Source of the DNA: a candidate division WOR-3 bacterium
GTDB lineage: Bacteria > Hydrothermota > Tepidihabitantia > Tepidihabitantales > Tepidihabitantaceae
Assembly: GCA_965648905.1 (NCBI GenBank)
Contig: CBFGIT010000009.1
Coordinates: 1 to 64,000 of the forward strand
DNA length: 64,000 nt
Direction of reading: 5' to 3'
Of the stretch, positions 39,301 through 48,361 are shown piece after piece; position 1 is the stretch's first letter, and the number at the start of each line of letters is the position of its first letter. A model generated the notes under the pieces. The model worked only from the letters and a program-made list of their open reading frames with translations. It was not told where the DNA came from and ran no database searches. The translations under genes were made by a program, and so were the position numbers.

Positions 39301-40482
39301 TCAGATTAGGGATTCGAGCCGGTCTGCGAGCCAGGCGGCCTGGACTCGACGGTTGAATCGGTTCTGACTGGTCAGAGCGAACTGACCGGGTCGGTTGACC
39401 ATTTCGTCAATCGCGGCGAGGAGGCAAGCCGGGTCAAGACCACAGGCAGTGCCGGCACAGGCCTGCATGACCAGTTCTTCAGCTTCGGTCGCGCCTTCTC
39501 CCCAGACAATGATCGGCCGACCAGCACCGAAATACTCGTAGAGCTTGAGCCCGACCGGTTGGTGCGGTTTGCCGATGTAGACAAGGAGAGATGCGCCTTT
39601 CATCAGGCTGCAGGCCTGCTCGTGCGGGACCGGGCCGAGCATCTCTACCTGGGGGTCGTTAGCGAAAGCCTGCCGGGTCGCTGGGTCAACGCGGCCAGCA
39701 AGGTACAACTTCGCATCGGGCCGAGCGCGCAGGGCCTGGACCAGCGCGGCAACTTCGGCCTGGTTCTGCCAAAGGTTGCCGACATGAACAATGCTCGTGC
39801 CATCGAGCCGTGCAGCCGGAACCTCGAATTCGGTCGGGTCGAATCCATTGTCAAGTACCTCGGCCCGCGGTGAGACCGCGCGCGCTGTGCCTTGGTTGAC
39901 CGCAAGGACAGCGTCGGCGTGCTCAACCAGGTAGCGGCGCAGCCGGCGCAAGGCAGCCCGCTGGTGCCGAGGCGGCAAAGCAAACCCGGTTGGCCAGGGG
40001 TCGCGGAAGTCGAGCACGAGCGGAACATGGGCATGGGCCTTGAGCCGCACGCCGAGGAGCAGCGAGGTGAACGGCGGGGAAGTGGCGAAGATAGCGGCCG
40101 GCTTCTCCGCGTCGATGATGTGTCGGCCTGCAACCGAACCGAATGGCAGCCAGCCTACCTTGGAGTCGGGAAACAGGAGGTAGTTAAGCAACCGTGCACC
40201 AGTGCTGAATCCGGTTCCCAGCACCGGCCGCAGCCGGCGAGTCTTGGAGCGCAGGACATTGAGCAGCCGGTTCGGGTCGATGGTCTCGGTACGAAACACC
40301 TTTGACCGGCTCAGGTCGTTCATTAGAGCCGGGTCATAGTGGTAGTAGGCAACCGGCTTGACTGTCAGGATAAGCGGTTGCCAGCCGAACTCGGGCAGGA
40401 ACTTGCAGAGCTTGGTGACCCGCATGACACCGCTCATGCCCAGGGGCGGGGCATAGTAGGCGATGACGAGAAGGCGGCGCAT
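39301..40482 (-). CDS. GT4 family glycosyltransferase
   Basis: LLVIAYYAPP, ATSPPF, DFRDPW, NGFD, KLYEY.GAGRPI. Confidence 0.85.
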   Translation of the reverse strand: MRRLLVIAYYAPPLGMSGVMRVTKLCKFLPEFGWQPLILTVKPVAYYHYDPALMNDLSRSKVFRTETIDPNRLLNVLRSKTRRLRPVLGTGFSTGARLLNYLLFPDSKVGWLPFGSVAGRHIIDAEKPAAIFATSPPFTSLLLGVRLKAHAHVPLVLDFRDPWPTGFALPPRHQRAALRRLRRYLVEHADAVLAVNQGTARAVSPRAEVLDNGFDPTEFEVPAARLDGTSIVHVGNLWQNQAEVAALVQALRARPDAKLYLAGRVDPATRQAFANDPQVEMLGPVPHEQACSLMKGASLLVYIGKPHQPVGLKLYEYFGAGRPIIVWGEGATEAEELVMQACAGTACGLDPACLLAAIDEMVNRPGQFALTSQNRFNRRVQAAWLADRLESLI

Positions 40483-40488
40483 CAGAAG

Positions 40489-40529
40489 AAGCTCGAAGGC
40501 CGAAGCCCGAAGGACGAATCAATGCCCGG
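40489..40529. repeat. Left arm of heptamer-built inverted repeat flanking the four-helix-bundle gene
   Basis: AAGCTCGAAGGCCGAAGCCCGAAGGACGAATCAATGCCCGG (CGAAnnn units); 33/40 identical to the reverse complement of 41001-41040. Confidence 0.8.
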
Positions 40530-40542
40530 GCAAGCTCGAAGG

Positions 40543-40923
40543 TCAGTGAGCATCACGTTCGCTGCTCTTCTTGTCGAGGGTGCGGAGTGCGGCTCCGAAG
40601 ATGAGGTTCAACTCCTTGGCCTCCTGCCAGAGGTTTCGTGCGCCCGCCCTCTGGTCCGGCACCGCGACCGTGATGATGCGCAGCCAGTACATGCACTCCC
40701 GTGCCTCCTTGCGGCAGATTCCCAGCTTGTGCCTGAAGTCGCGCGGAGATTCTGCGTCGTTCGCTTCGCAGTAGTTGGCGCCAACGCTGGTGCCTGCACG
40801 CACCAGTTGAGCGATCAGCGGAGCATTGACAGGCGATGATGGCAAAGCTCGGCAGAAGCGCACGACCGCAACCGCGAAACGCGACGTGCGTTCTTCGAGG
40901 TCGAACTTCTGGGTCTTGTCCAC
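40543..40923 (-). CDS. Four helix bundle protein (23S rRNA-IVP-like, TIGR02436-type)
   Basis: DLEERT..FA, QLVRAGTSVGANYCEA..A.S..DF.HKL.I..KEARE..YWL, EA.EL..IF. Confidence 0.92.
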   Translation of the reverse strand: MDKTQKFDLEERTSRFAVAVVRFCRALPSSPVNAPLIAQLVRAGTSVGANYCEANDAESPRDFRHKLGICRKEARECMYWLRIITVAVPDQRAGARNLWQEAKELNLIFGAALRTLDKKSSERDAH

Positions 40924-40962
40924 TAGAATTGCTGGTCGATTCTAGTCATCGCCAGAGCGGAA

Positions 40963-43059
40963 TCAAGCGCCTGGGCAAAGTGGCCGGCCGGCAACGTCAT
41001 CCGTGCTTGATTCGGAATTCGAGCTTCGACCTTCGTGCTTGCGGGACAGGTGCTTCGCAATCTGTCCGGTCACTTCTTCGGCCGGTAGCTCGACCGGCTC
41101 CAGTCCCTTCAAGAATTCGAGCAGGCCGCTGATGTCGAGCGTGAGCATGTGGTCCTCGACTTGTAGCTCCGGCGGCAGAGAGCGAAAGAAAGCGCCCGAG
41201 CCGAGGTTGTCTTCGAGCCGGAGCAGGCTCGAGCTGATGACGTCACGAATGGCCGAGACCTCGGGAACCAGGAACGACTTGAGCCGACGCCGGATTGACG
41301 GGTCAGAGAAGACAAAGACCTTGCCGTCCATGTCACTTGCCGCGATACCCTGTTCGGCAAATGCCTCGGACAGGATGAAGCCGCAGGTTCCGCCCAATAG
41401 ATGCACGAGATGCGTGAACTCGGCGTCGCAGAAATAGGGGAACTGATTCGGCCCTAGGTCAGGGAACAGCCGGGCCTTGAGCACCGGAGCAAGACGGTAG
41501 GAATAGCCGCCGGTGCCCGTGCCTTCAAAAACCTTGGTGTTGGACGAAACGGCGGCAAGCGGCCGTACCAGGAGCCGCTTCTCCTTCTCGCGGTACTCGA
41601 CCAGCTCCCAGGACCGGCCCGCGAGTACGAAGTGATGGAACACAAAGAAGACCGTGCCGATGTGCTGGCCGGTCTCGACCTCGGTGACTTCGAAATTGCC
41701 AAAGGTCTTGTCCTGAATATTGGAGTGTATCTTCCCGGATTCAACCGTGCGCTCCAGACGAGGCCCGGTGAAGTAGATGCCGGAGCGCTGGGATTGGACC
41801 TCACCTGAGTCAATCATCTGCCGGAAAGTACGGTCAATCGGCTCGTCACTGCCGTACAAGGACCTCAGGATGCGACGGACCGAATCGAGCGTTGTGCCGA
41901 TGCGACGGCGCTGAAACAGGTAAGAACCGACCTGCTGGGGAATCACTGCGAGCGACGGCGTGTAGCGCTTTTCGTAGAGCTTTCCGGCCCGGGCGCACTC
42001 AAAGAACGTCTCAAAGAGCATCTTCTCCCAAAGGTCCTGATACAGCCCGATGACGTGGAGATAGGACTGACGCCGCCGGTTGCCGCGGCCGATGCGCTGA
42101 AGCAGCGACGAGACGTTGAACGGCGGCCGGACCAGCACGACCGCATCAATGTCGCCGATGTCGATGCCCAGCTCAAGCGTCGAGGTGCAGCAGAGCAGAC
42201 CGGTTCTTTCCCGGTTCATCCTCGCCTCAACGTTTTCCCTGACTTCCTTGGTCAGGCTGGCGTGATGAACCCAGACCCGGCCTGCGAACGGCGGCCGGTC
42301 GAGCAGTTTGGCCGATGCCTCGGCCGCAGAACGGGCATTGAAAAAGCAGAGCACCTTGCGGCTCTCGCGGCGGGCGAGTTCCGCCACCACATCGGCGTAC
42401 CAAGTGTCATTCATGAACACGAGGGTCTCGTCAATCTCGCGCTGTGCCGAGACCTTGACCACAACCGAATCAGGGAAGTAGCGCTCGCCGATACTGAGGT
42501 CATCGATGGTGGCCGAAAGGGCATAGTAGTGCAGATTCGGGTTCATGAGCCGCAGCCGTTCGAGCAGCACGCGCAACTGGTCTCCGCGCGGCGTATTGTC
42601 CAGCAGATGCAGCTCGTCGAGGATGACGGCGGACAGCTCCTTGAAGATGCGCGTGTGGCGGCAGAGCAGCGAATCGAACGACTCCGGGGTAGTGATGAGC
42701 ACAAACGGCAGGCGCGACTCGTCGATGGCCGGATGGTCCCCGGTCTTGCGGGCGAGTCGCAGCTCAAGCTGCTCAAGCGGCTCGCCCAGGCGCCGGTACA
42801 GGTCATTCACCAGTGCCCGGGTTGGCGAGACATAGAGAATCGAGAACCTTTCCCGCTTGTCGGGCAGGAGCCGCTCAATTGCCGGGGCAACTACGGCTTC
42901 GGTCTTGCCCGAAGCCGCCGGCGAGATGACCACAAGGTTATCGCCGGCAAGGATGCGCGGAATGGTCTCGGTCTGAACTTCGGTCAGTCGGCCGAACCGG
43001 GAGAAGAACGGCGTCCATGTGCGGCGCAGCGCCGCCTTCAGCTCGCGGCTGTCAATCAC
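40963..43059 (-). CDS. Lhr-like DEAD/DEAH-box SF2 helicase
   Basis: SPAASGKT, PTRALVND, TPES, DELH, SAT, HHASL, TSTLELGIDIG, QRIGRGNR. Confidence 0.92.
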   Translation of the reverse strand: MIDSRELKAALRRTWTPFFSRFGRLTEVQTETIPRILAGDNLVVISPAASGKTEAVVAPAIERLLPDKRERFSILYVSPTRALVNDLYRRLGEPLEQLELRLARKTGDHPAIDESRLPFVLITTPESFDSLLCRHTRIFKELSAVILDELHLLDNTPRGDQLRVLLERLRLMNPNLHYYALSATIDDLSIGERYFPDSVVVKVSAQREIDETLVFMNDTWYADVVAELARRESRKVLCFFNARSAAEASAKLLDRPPFAGRVWVHHASLTKEVRENVEARMNRERTGLLCCTSTLELGIDIGDIDAVVLVRPPFNVSSLLQRIGRGNRRRQSYLHVIGLYQDLWEKMLFETFFECARAGKLYEKRYTPSLAVIPQQVGSYLFQRRRIGTTLDSVRRILRSLYGSDEPIDRTFRQMIDSGEVQSQRSGIYFTGPRLERTVESGKIHSNIQDKTFGNFEVTEVETGQHIGTVFFVFHHFVLAGRSWELVEYREKEKRLLVRPLAAVSSNTKVFEGTGTGGYSYRLAPVLKARLFPDLGPNQFPYFCDAEFTHLVHLLGGTCGFILSEAFAEQGIAASDMDGKVFVFSDPSIRRRLKSFLVPEVSAIRDVISSSLLRLEDNLGSGAFFRSLPPELQVEDHMLTLDISGLLEFLKGLEPVELPAEEVTGQIAKHLSRKHEGRSSNSESSTDDVAGRPLCPGA
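41001..41040. repeat. Right arm of inverted repeat (inside the 3' tail of the helicase gene)
   Basis: Reverse complement is AAGCACGAAGGTCGAAGCTCGAATTCCGAATCAAGCACGG. Confidence 0.8.
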
Positions 43060-43067
43060 GGTCCTGC

Positions 43068-44426
43068 TCAGGAGCCGACCGCGCGGGCAGGCAGCGTCCC
43101 GGCAGCGCGCAGGCGGGCCACGTCGAGCGCTTCGACCGAGAACTTGATGAACGCTCTGACCCCTTCGATGTTCCGACGCGTGGCCTCCCGCAGCACCTTC
43201 TTCTGCTCCAGCTCGGTCAGTTCAAATCCGGGATAGGCCCGAGCATAGATCATCACCATCGTCGAGAAGGCGTCAATCAACGCCTGGTCCGACAACGGGT
43301 CAAGCTCGATGCGATGGCGGACACGGTTCGCCAGCTTGATGTAAGCGTAGTCGTACGGACTCGGTGTGGTGGCAAAGACCAGCAGCAGGGCCGGGTCGCG
43401 GTAGATGTAGGGGACCGGCCGTACCTTGTTGTGGATCATCCGGTCGCTCACCCGTTTCAGGTCCCGGTCGTTCTGGGACATCCGCACCAGTCCGTCCATG
43501 AAGTTGACGCTCTTGGTCAGGTAGATGACGTCCCAGAGCCGGGTCACGGTCTCGGCCTCGTCAATCAGGAGCACAAGCCCCTTCATGCCGAGCTGACGGC
43601 ACATCCAGCTTATCCCCGAGATGATATTGCAGTAGAAGTCGGCCGCGGTCGAGAAGTCGTAGAGCGCCGGGATGCGCTGGCCGCCCTTCACCCGGTACGG
43701 CCCCTGCAGCTCGGTCGCATACTCCTTGGTACTCTCGCCCTCAATCCACTGCCAGAGCACCTCGCTCTGAACCTGGGCCGGGTCAATCCGTTTGAGCTTG
43801 GCCAGAACCGGACCGAAAAAGACGTGGTCGCTCATGTCCAGCTCGGTCGCCTTGAGCAGCAGGTCACGGAACCCGTGTTCACGGTCCTCGCTGATATAAC
43901 GGAGGTTGTGAACGAGTTCCCGATAGACCCTCTTGGGTCGGTGAGGTGTGACCTCAAGCGGGTCAAACTGAACCAGACTCGTGGCCATGCCTCGGGCCAG
44001 GGCGCGATGATGAAAGTACTCAAGCAGGTGGGTCTTGCCCGTGCCGTACTCGCCCTCGGCCATGTAGACGTCACCCCTGCCCTTGGTGAGCTCACGCAGT
44101 GCAGCCTCAATGGTCTCGACCTGCTGCTCGCGGCCGAAAGTGAACGACTCGACGTCCTGATGCGGCACGATGCCGAGCCGGAACGCCTCAATCATCCGAC
44201 GCGCCTGTATCCGGTCAATCGCGGCAAATCCGGGCTTGCCGCCCGAAGGCATCAGGTCGTCAATGCGCGCCAGCAGCCGAACCCGCTGGGTTGGAAGCCA
44301 GAGCCGCAGCCCGGTCTGAAACTGAACCAACAGCTCGGTGCCGCGCCAGCGGGTATCGAGAATCTCGCCCTCGCCGAACACCGGATGGGATACGAGACGA
44401 GGACGGTGCTGGTCAGAACTCTTCAC
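43068..44426 (-). CDS. BrxD/DUF2791-like P-loop ATPase with N-terminal Tudor/SH3-like segment
   Basis: IEAFRLGIVP, Walker A GEYGTGKTH, Walker B GLVLLIDEAE; N-terminal VSHPVFGEGEI. Confidence 0.82.
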   Translation of the reverse strand: MKSSDQHRPRLVSHPVFGEGEILDTRWRGTELLVQFQTGLRLWLPTQRVRLLARIDDLMPSGGKPGFAAIDRIQARRMIEAFRLGIVPHQDVESFTFGREQQVETIEAALRELTKGRGDVYMAEGEYGTGKTHLLEYFHHRALARGMATSLVQFDPLEVTPHRPKRVYRELVHNLRYISEDREHGFRDLLLKATELDMSDHVFFGPVLAKLKRIDPAQVQSEVLWQWIEGESTKEYATELQGPYRVKGGQRIPALYDFSTAADFYCNIISGISWMCRQLGMKGLVLLIDEAETVTRLWDVIYLTKSVNFMDGLVRMSQNDRDLKRVSDRMIHNKVRPVPYIYRDPALLLVFATTPSPYDYAYIKLANRVRHRIELDPLSDQALIDAFSTMVMIYARAYPGFELTELEQKKVLREATRRNIEGVRAFIKFSVEALDVARLRAAGTLPARAVGS

Positions 44427-45684
44427 TCTCGACCTCGGCCTTCTGCGCCTGCTCCAGCTTCTGGGTCGTCACGCGCAGGAGCTTCTCTGCCTCCTTGCGA
44501 CCGAACTCGAGCGCAGGGTTGGCTCGGAGCTGATGCAGCGCCTCAACCGCGGCGACAACAAACAGGCGGCGATAGCCGACGTCGAACGCGAAAGCCGAAA
44601 CCGCAAGCTGGGCGAGCTCCCGGATGGCTGCCTCGCTCCGGGCCGGCACCAGGGTGACTTCATAAGCGGCCTGGAACAACTCGGTCAGTCGGCTGCCCAG
44701 TTGTCTTAGCAGCTCGACCGGCTCGATACCAAGGTCTTCAAGGTTGATTCGCACGCCGACCGGGTTGGTTTCAGACAGGGCGCTGCGCAGCCGCTGCTTC
44801 AGAGCTTCGTACACCCCGCTCGAACCCTCGAGCAGCAGATTCTCATCGGGGACGGCGTAAAAGAACATCGCACCGGGCAGGCGTGAGTTGCCGCATTCGT
44901 CCACGAGTTGACGCAGATTGTCGAGTGCCCGACGCTTGTCGCGCGACGAGGCGATCGACATGCCGCGCTCAGCCTCATCGAAGAGCAGGACCAGCCCGGA
45001 ATAGCCGATGCCGTGCACCCACTGAATCAGTGAACGAAGCATCCGGAACGCGGTCGCCTTGTCAATTCGCTCTGATATCCGATGCTGGGCGCGGATGTCC
45101 TTGGATACGTCCTCACCCTTCAACCACTGGCAGACCTCGCTGAATCCGGCTCCGTCCTCGGCCAAGAGGCACGAGAACGCGCCCCGCACCGCGTTGACAA
45201 AGCTCGTGCTCTCGGTCGTCGGCAGAGTCTCAAGGTAGCGGTGCAGGTTCTCAACCCGGTCATGCCGGCCACGCTGTTCTGCGACCCACTTCTTCACCAG
45301 TGACTCGATGCCCTTGTCCCAGACCGCGGACGGCTGGTCCGTGGCAACCGGCGCGGTGACATTGGCTGCAATGCCCTTGTACACGAGTTCGAGCTTGTCG
45401 AACGGGCATTCGGTCGGATTCAGGCTGACATAGGCCACGCAGTAGTTGTGCCGAAACGCCAGGTTGCGCACCGAGTAGAGGAAATGGGTCTTGCCGCCGC
45501 CATAGTTGCCGGTAATCAGCTTGAAGCTTGAGAGGTTCGACTTCAGGATGCCGTCAAGGTACTCCTCCTCGATGACCTTCAAGTAAGTGTCAAGCCCGAC
45601 CGTGAACGCCTCGATGCCAAACTCGGGCGGAGTCCCGGTCGAACCCAGCTTGTTCACGATCGCCTTGGCAAGCTGCTTATCCAT
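44413..45684 (-). CDS. BrxD/DUF2791-like P-loop ATPase
   Basis: LGSTGTPP, FKLITGNYGGGKTHF, QWLKGE, GYSGLVLLFDEAE, NLRQLVD, YEALKQRL; ATG overlaps upstream stop. Confidence 0.85.
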   Translation of the reverse strand: MDKQLAKAIVNKLGSTGTPPEFGIEAFTVGLDTYLKVIEEEYLDGILKSNLSSFKLITGNYGGGKTHFLYSVRNLAFRHNYCVAYVSLNPTECPFDKLELVYKGIAANVTAPVATDQPSAVWDKGIESLVKKWVAEQRGRHDRVENLHRYLETLPTTESTSFVNAVRGAFSCLLAEDGAGFSEVCQWLKGEDVSKDIRAQHRISERIDKATAFRMLRSLIQWVHGIGYSGLVLLFDEAERGMSIASSRDKRRALDNLRQLVDECGNSRLPGAMFFYAVPDENLLLEGSSGVYEALKQRLRSALSETNPVGVRINLEDLGIEPVELLRQLGSRLTELFQAAYEVTLVPARSEAAIRELAQLAVSAFAFDVGYRRLFVVAAVEALHQLRANPALEFGRKEAEKLLRVTTQKLEQAQKAEVESEEF

Positions 45685-46561
45685 CGGTGCGGGTCGCGGC
45701 TGACTGCTGTTGGCTGACGGCTGACGTGAACGAAACGTATGAGTAATGCGTGCCTTCCCCTTCTTCGTTGTCCGGCACCCACAGCGCCCTTGCCTTCTCA
45801 GTGGTCGCGTCGAAATTCGCGACATGCAGCTTCATCCGGTCCTCACCGGTCTGGAAGTGCCCGGCCTGTCGCAGCCGGAACAGGTCAAAGCTGAATCGCA
45901 CCCGGGGATACTCGACGAACTTGTCCTGCACCGGGTTGAGCCGAAAAGCCGGTGGCTGAATCAGCATCGTGATTTCAGCCAGCAGGTCAAGCAGAAAGAC
46001 ACGCGTACCCGGGACCAGGTTGTTGAATGCCACGACCCGCCGGTATGCCGAGTGCATCAGCTCGGCAAGCCGGGCCGGCTCGACCGACTTGTCCTTGAGC
46101 GCGTCCTGGTAAGCTCGGAGCGTACGCGCCAGTTCAGCCGGGACCAGCTTGAGTCCGGACTTCAGCTTCTCGACCTCCGGACCCCAGAACACGGTTGCGG
46201 TCCCGGCATCGAAGTCAGTGCGCAGCGTGAAACACCCGATTCTGAGCATCGGCAACTGACCCCGAACCGTAAGCCCCGAACCGTCGAGACCGGCCACGAG
46301 TTTCCGGCCGAACTCAAACCTGAACTCATCGCGGCTCTTCTCCACGGCTGCAGACTCTTCCTTCAGCCAATCCAGCACTCGGTTCCTTGCCTCGGACTCA
46401 GGGAACGCCTGCACCAGTCGACCGATCTCCTCCACGGCCTTGGCACGGACGCTGGCGTTACTGACCGGGTCGGAGAGCAGCGGACGATAGGCGCTGAGCC
46501 GCTTGACCAGCTTCTCGGCCTGGCGCGAGAGGCTCTCGAGCAATTCGACAAGCCCTTCCAT
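45677..46561 (-). CDS. Hypothetical protein (294 aa), first gene of the ATPase-helicase operon
   Basis: Helical, charged N-terminus; no recognised domain; stop overlaps the next start; ATG 46561 is 8 nt after a -10 box. Confidence 0.8.
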   Translation of the reverse strand: MEGLVELLESLSRQAEKLVKRLSAYRPLLSDPVSNASVRAKAVEEIGRLVQAFPESEARNRVLDWLKEESAAVEKSRDEFRFEFGRKLVAGLDGSGLTVRGQLPMLRIGCFTLRTDFDAGTATVFWGPEVEKLKSGLKLVPAELARTLRAYQDALKDKSVEPARLAELMHSAYRRVVAFNNLVPGTRVFLLDLLAEITMLIQPPAFRLNPVQDKFVEYPRVRFSFDLFRLRQAGHFQTGEDRMKLHVANFDATTEKARALWVPDNEEGEGTHYSYVSFTSAVSQQQSAATRTDG

Positions 46562-46569
46562 AATCAATG

Positions 46570-46597
46570 AGTATAAGCGTGAGGAGATAGAAGTCAA
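46570..46597 (-). promoter_or_regulatory. Putative sigma70-type promoter of the ATPase-helicase operon
   Basis: TTGACT(46592-46597)-16bp-TATACT(46570-46575). Confidence 0.6.
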
Positions 46598-46704
46598 TCA
46601 GGCTGGAACCGACCATGACCCGGCTCGGGTTCAGGCGCTACGAATGAACTAGGCAGGTACTGGTCTGCGAGCACCCGACCAAGCCGGGCCGGTGATGTGC
46701 GAAA

Positions 46705-47103
46705 CTACCGGTTCGGCGCAGAGGTCAGGGCGCGGTGGACTGCGGCCATCAGACACCGGCTGCTTCCGGTCGCACCGGTAACAACCTCCACGTCCGGACT
46801 CTGGGCTGCGACGATGCGGGCCAGGACTTCTTTGGCTTCATAGCCGGGCCCGGCATGCTGGTCGAGCACCTCAACCGACGTGATGCGGCCGCCGGCGACC
46901 GACACTCTCACCTTGGCCGATACCAGAAAATCGCCGAACATTCCGGTGTATGTTCCATCGGCGAGCTTCGACACATCAACGCCCGCCTTGGGCGCACTGA
47001 GCATGACTCTCCGCATTCGGTTGAATCTCACGACGAACCATCCGGCAAAGCCGAGGACGATAACGATAAGCACCAACAGGACAACAAGCAGTCTCTTCTT
47101 CAC
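46705..47103 (-). CDS. FMN-binding domain membrane-anchored protein
   Basis: N-terminal TM; LADGTYTG, VRVSV..GRITSVEV, QSPDVEVVTGATGSS. Confidence 0.85.
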   Translation of the reverse strand: MKKRLLVVLLVLIVIVLGFAGWFVVRFNRMRRVMLSAPKAGVDVSKLADGTYTGMFGDFLVSAKVRVSVAGGRITSVEVLDQHAGPGYEAKEVLARIVAAQSPDVEVVTGATGSSRCLMAAVHRALTSAPNR

Positions 47104-47202
47104 GACGCAGTCTATCGAGTGCCAGGACGTGGGTCAAGCCGACGGTGTTCGTGACCTGGTACTGACTGGTGGAACCGTTCGAGGAGAAACCAGCCGGTCG
47201 GG

Positions 47203-48360
47203 CTACACCAGCCTGATACGGTGTCGCGCCAGTGCTCGGCCTTTCCAAGTAGTCTGGCCCAAGACCGTCAGCACGATTGAGCGCAGGCCAATGTAGGCGC
47301 ATACAAGAATCGTCAACGGATAGAGCAGGGCCAGGCGTCTGGGCAGGCTGTACTTGAGTGCAAGAAGCAGCCAGAGCAGCCCGGCAAGGAGCACAGTCGC
47401 AATCGCGGCTGCGAATTGACCATCGTACTGTGCCAGCGCGATACTTGCGCCAACTGCCAAGAGCGGGTGCCAGGTGATTAGCAGCATCCAGAACCAGACA
47501 AACAAGGCGGGCAAGAGCCGGTACCCGAACAAGGCAAAGAAGTTCTTGCTGAACCCCTCGATTGCCTCGCTGAAACCAGAGTACATTCGTGCCGACACCT
47601 CGCCCGACGCGTCGAGCAGACGCCAGCGCAGGCCGTGCCGCTTTACCCGGCGGCACAGGGCCAGGTCTTCGGTCGCGTCGTCCCGCACCGCAGCGTGGCC
47701 GCCGATGTGGTCGTAGGCCGCGCGCCGGAAGAGCATGAACTTGCCGTTGGCCGCAGAAAGAAAGCTCGACCTACGCAGTAGATAGGCAATGCCGAGCGGC
47801 AGGATGGTGCCGATGCTCCAGACCAGGAACGGAACCGTCATTTGTTCGCCCAGTGTGAGCACCTGGTTACGCGTGACCGCGGTGAGGAAATCGGCCCGGG
47901 TGGCTCCAAACGCGTCTACGGCATGCCGCAGGGCTTCAGGGGAGAACACCGTATCTGCGTCGGTGAAGAGCAGTAGCTCGCCGGTCGCGGCATCGGCAAG
48001 CTGCTGGCAGGCCCAGCTCTTGCCGACCCATCCTTCGGGCAGGGGCTGGCCCGAAAGCACACGCAGGCGTGCGTCAGCCATGCGAGTGAGAATCGCAGCA
48101 GTGTTGTCGGTCGAGCCATCATCGAGCACAAGCAGTTCGAAGTTTTCGTAGTCCTGCGCCAAGAGCGAGGAGATACAGGCTTCGATATGCTCTGCCTCGT
48201 TTCGTACTGGCACCAGTACTGAGACGCGGGGATGGTATTGCGATGGGCCAAAGGCGGAGAGCCGTTTCATCAGCAGCGCATTGGTCACTGCTATTACGGC
48301 CTGCACCCCGACAAAGATAAGGACGCGGTAGGAGTCAATGAACACAGTCCAGCCGTTCAC
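47203..48360 (-). CDS. GT2 glycosyltransferase (CrtQ/CruC-like, membrane-bound)
   Basis: VSVLVPVRNE, DDGSTD, LPEGWVGKSWACQQL, FTDADT, ANG, GGH, EDLAL, RMY..GFSKN. Confidence 0.85.
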   Translation of the reverse strand: MNGWTVFIDSYRVLIFVGVQAVIAVTNALLMKRLSAFGPSQYHPRVSVLVPVRNEAEHIEACISSLLAQDYENFELLVLDDGSTDNTAAILTRMADARLRVLSGQPLPEGWVGKSWACQQLADAATGELLLFTDADTVFSPEALRHAVDAFGATRADFLTAVTRNQVLTLGEQMTVPFLVWSIGTILPLGIAYLLRRSSFLSAANGKFMLFRRAAYDHIGGHAAVRDDATEDLALCRRVKRHGLRWRLLDASGEVSARMYSGFSEAIEGFSKNFFALFGYRLLPALFVWFWMLLITWHPLLAVGASIALAQYDGQFAAAIATVLLAGLLWLLLALKYSLPRRLALLYPLTILVCAYIGLRSIVLTVLGQTTWKGRALARHRIRLV

Positions 48361-48361
48361 G

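Noticed and set aside
40543..40923. DGR (Avd-like) or 23S rRNA intervening sequence
   Set aside because: No reverse transcriptase, TR/VR pair or rRNA sequence in the window.
42055..44657. Long plus-strand ORFs of 393 and 546 aa (likewise 38041-39249 minus, 16125-17012 plus, 45746-46570 plus)
   Set aside because: Mirror frames of well-supported genes on the opposite strand; no independent motifs.
40963..46561. Complete BREX or canonical Shango call
   Set aside because: No PglX, PglZ, PglW or recognisable TerB-domain gene; only ATPase and helicase relatives.
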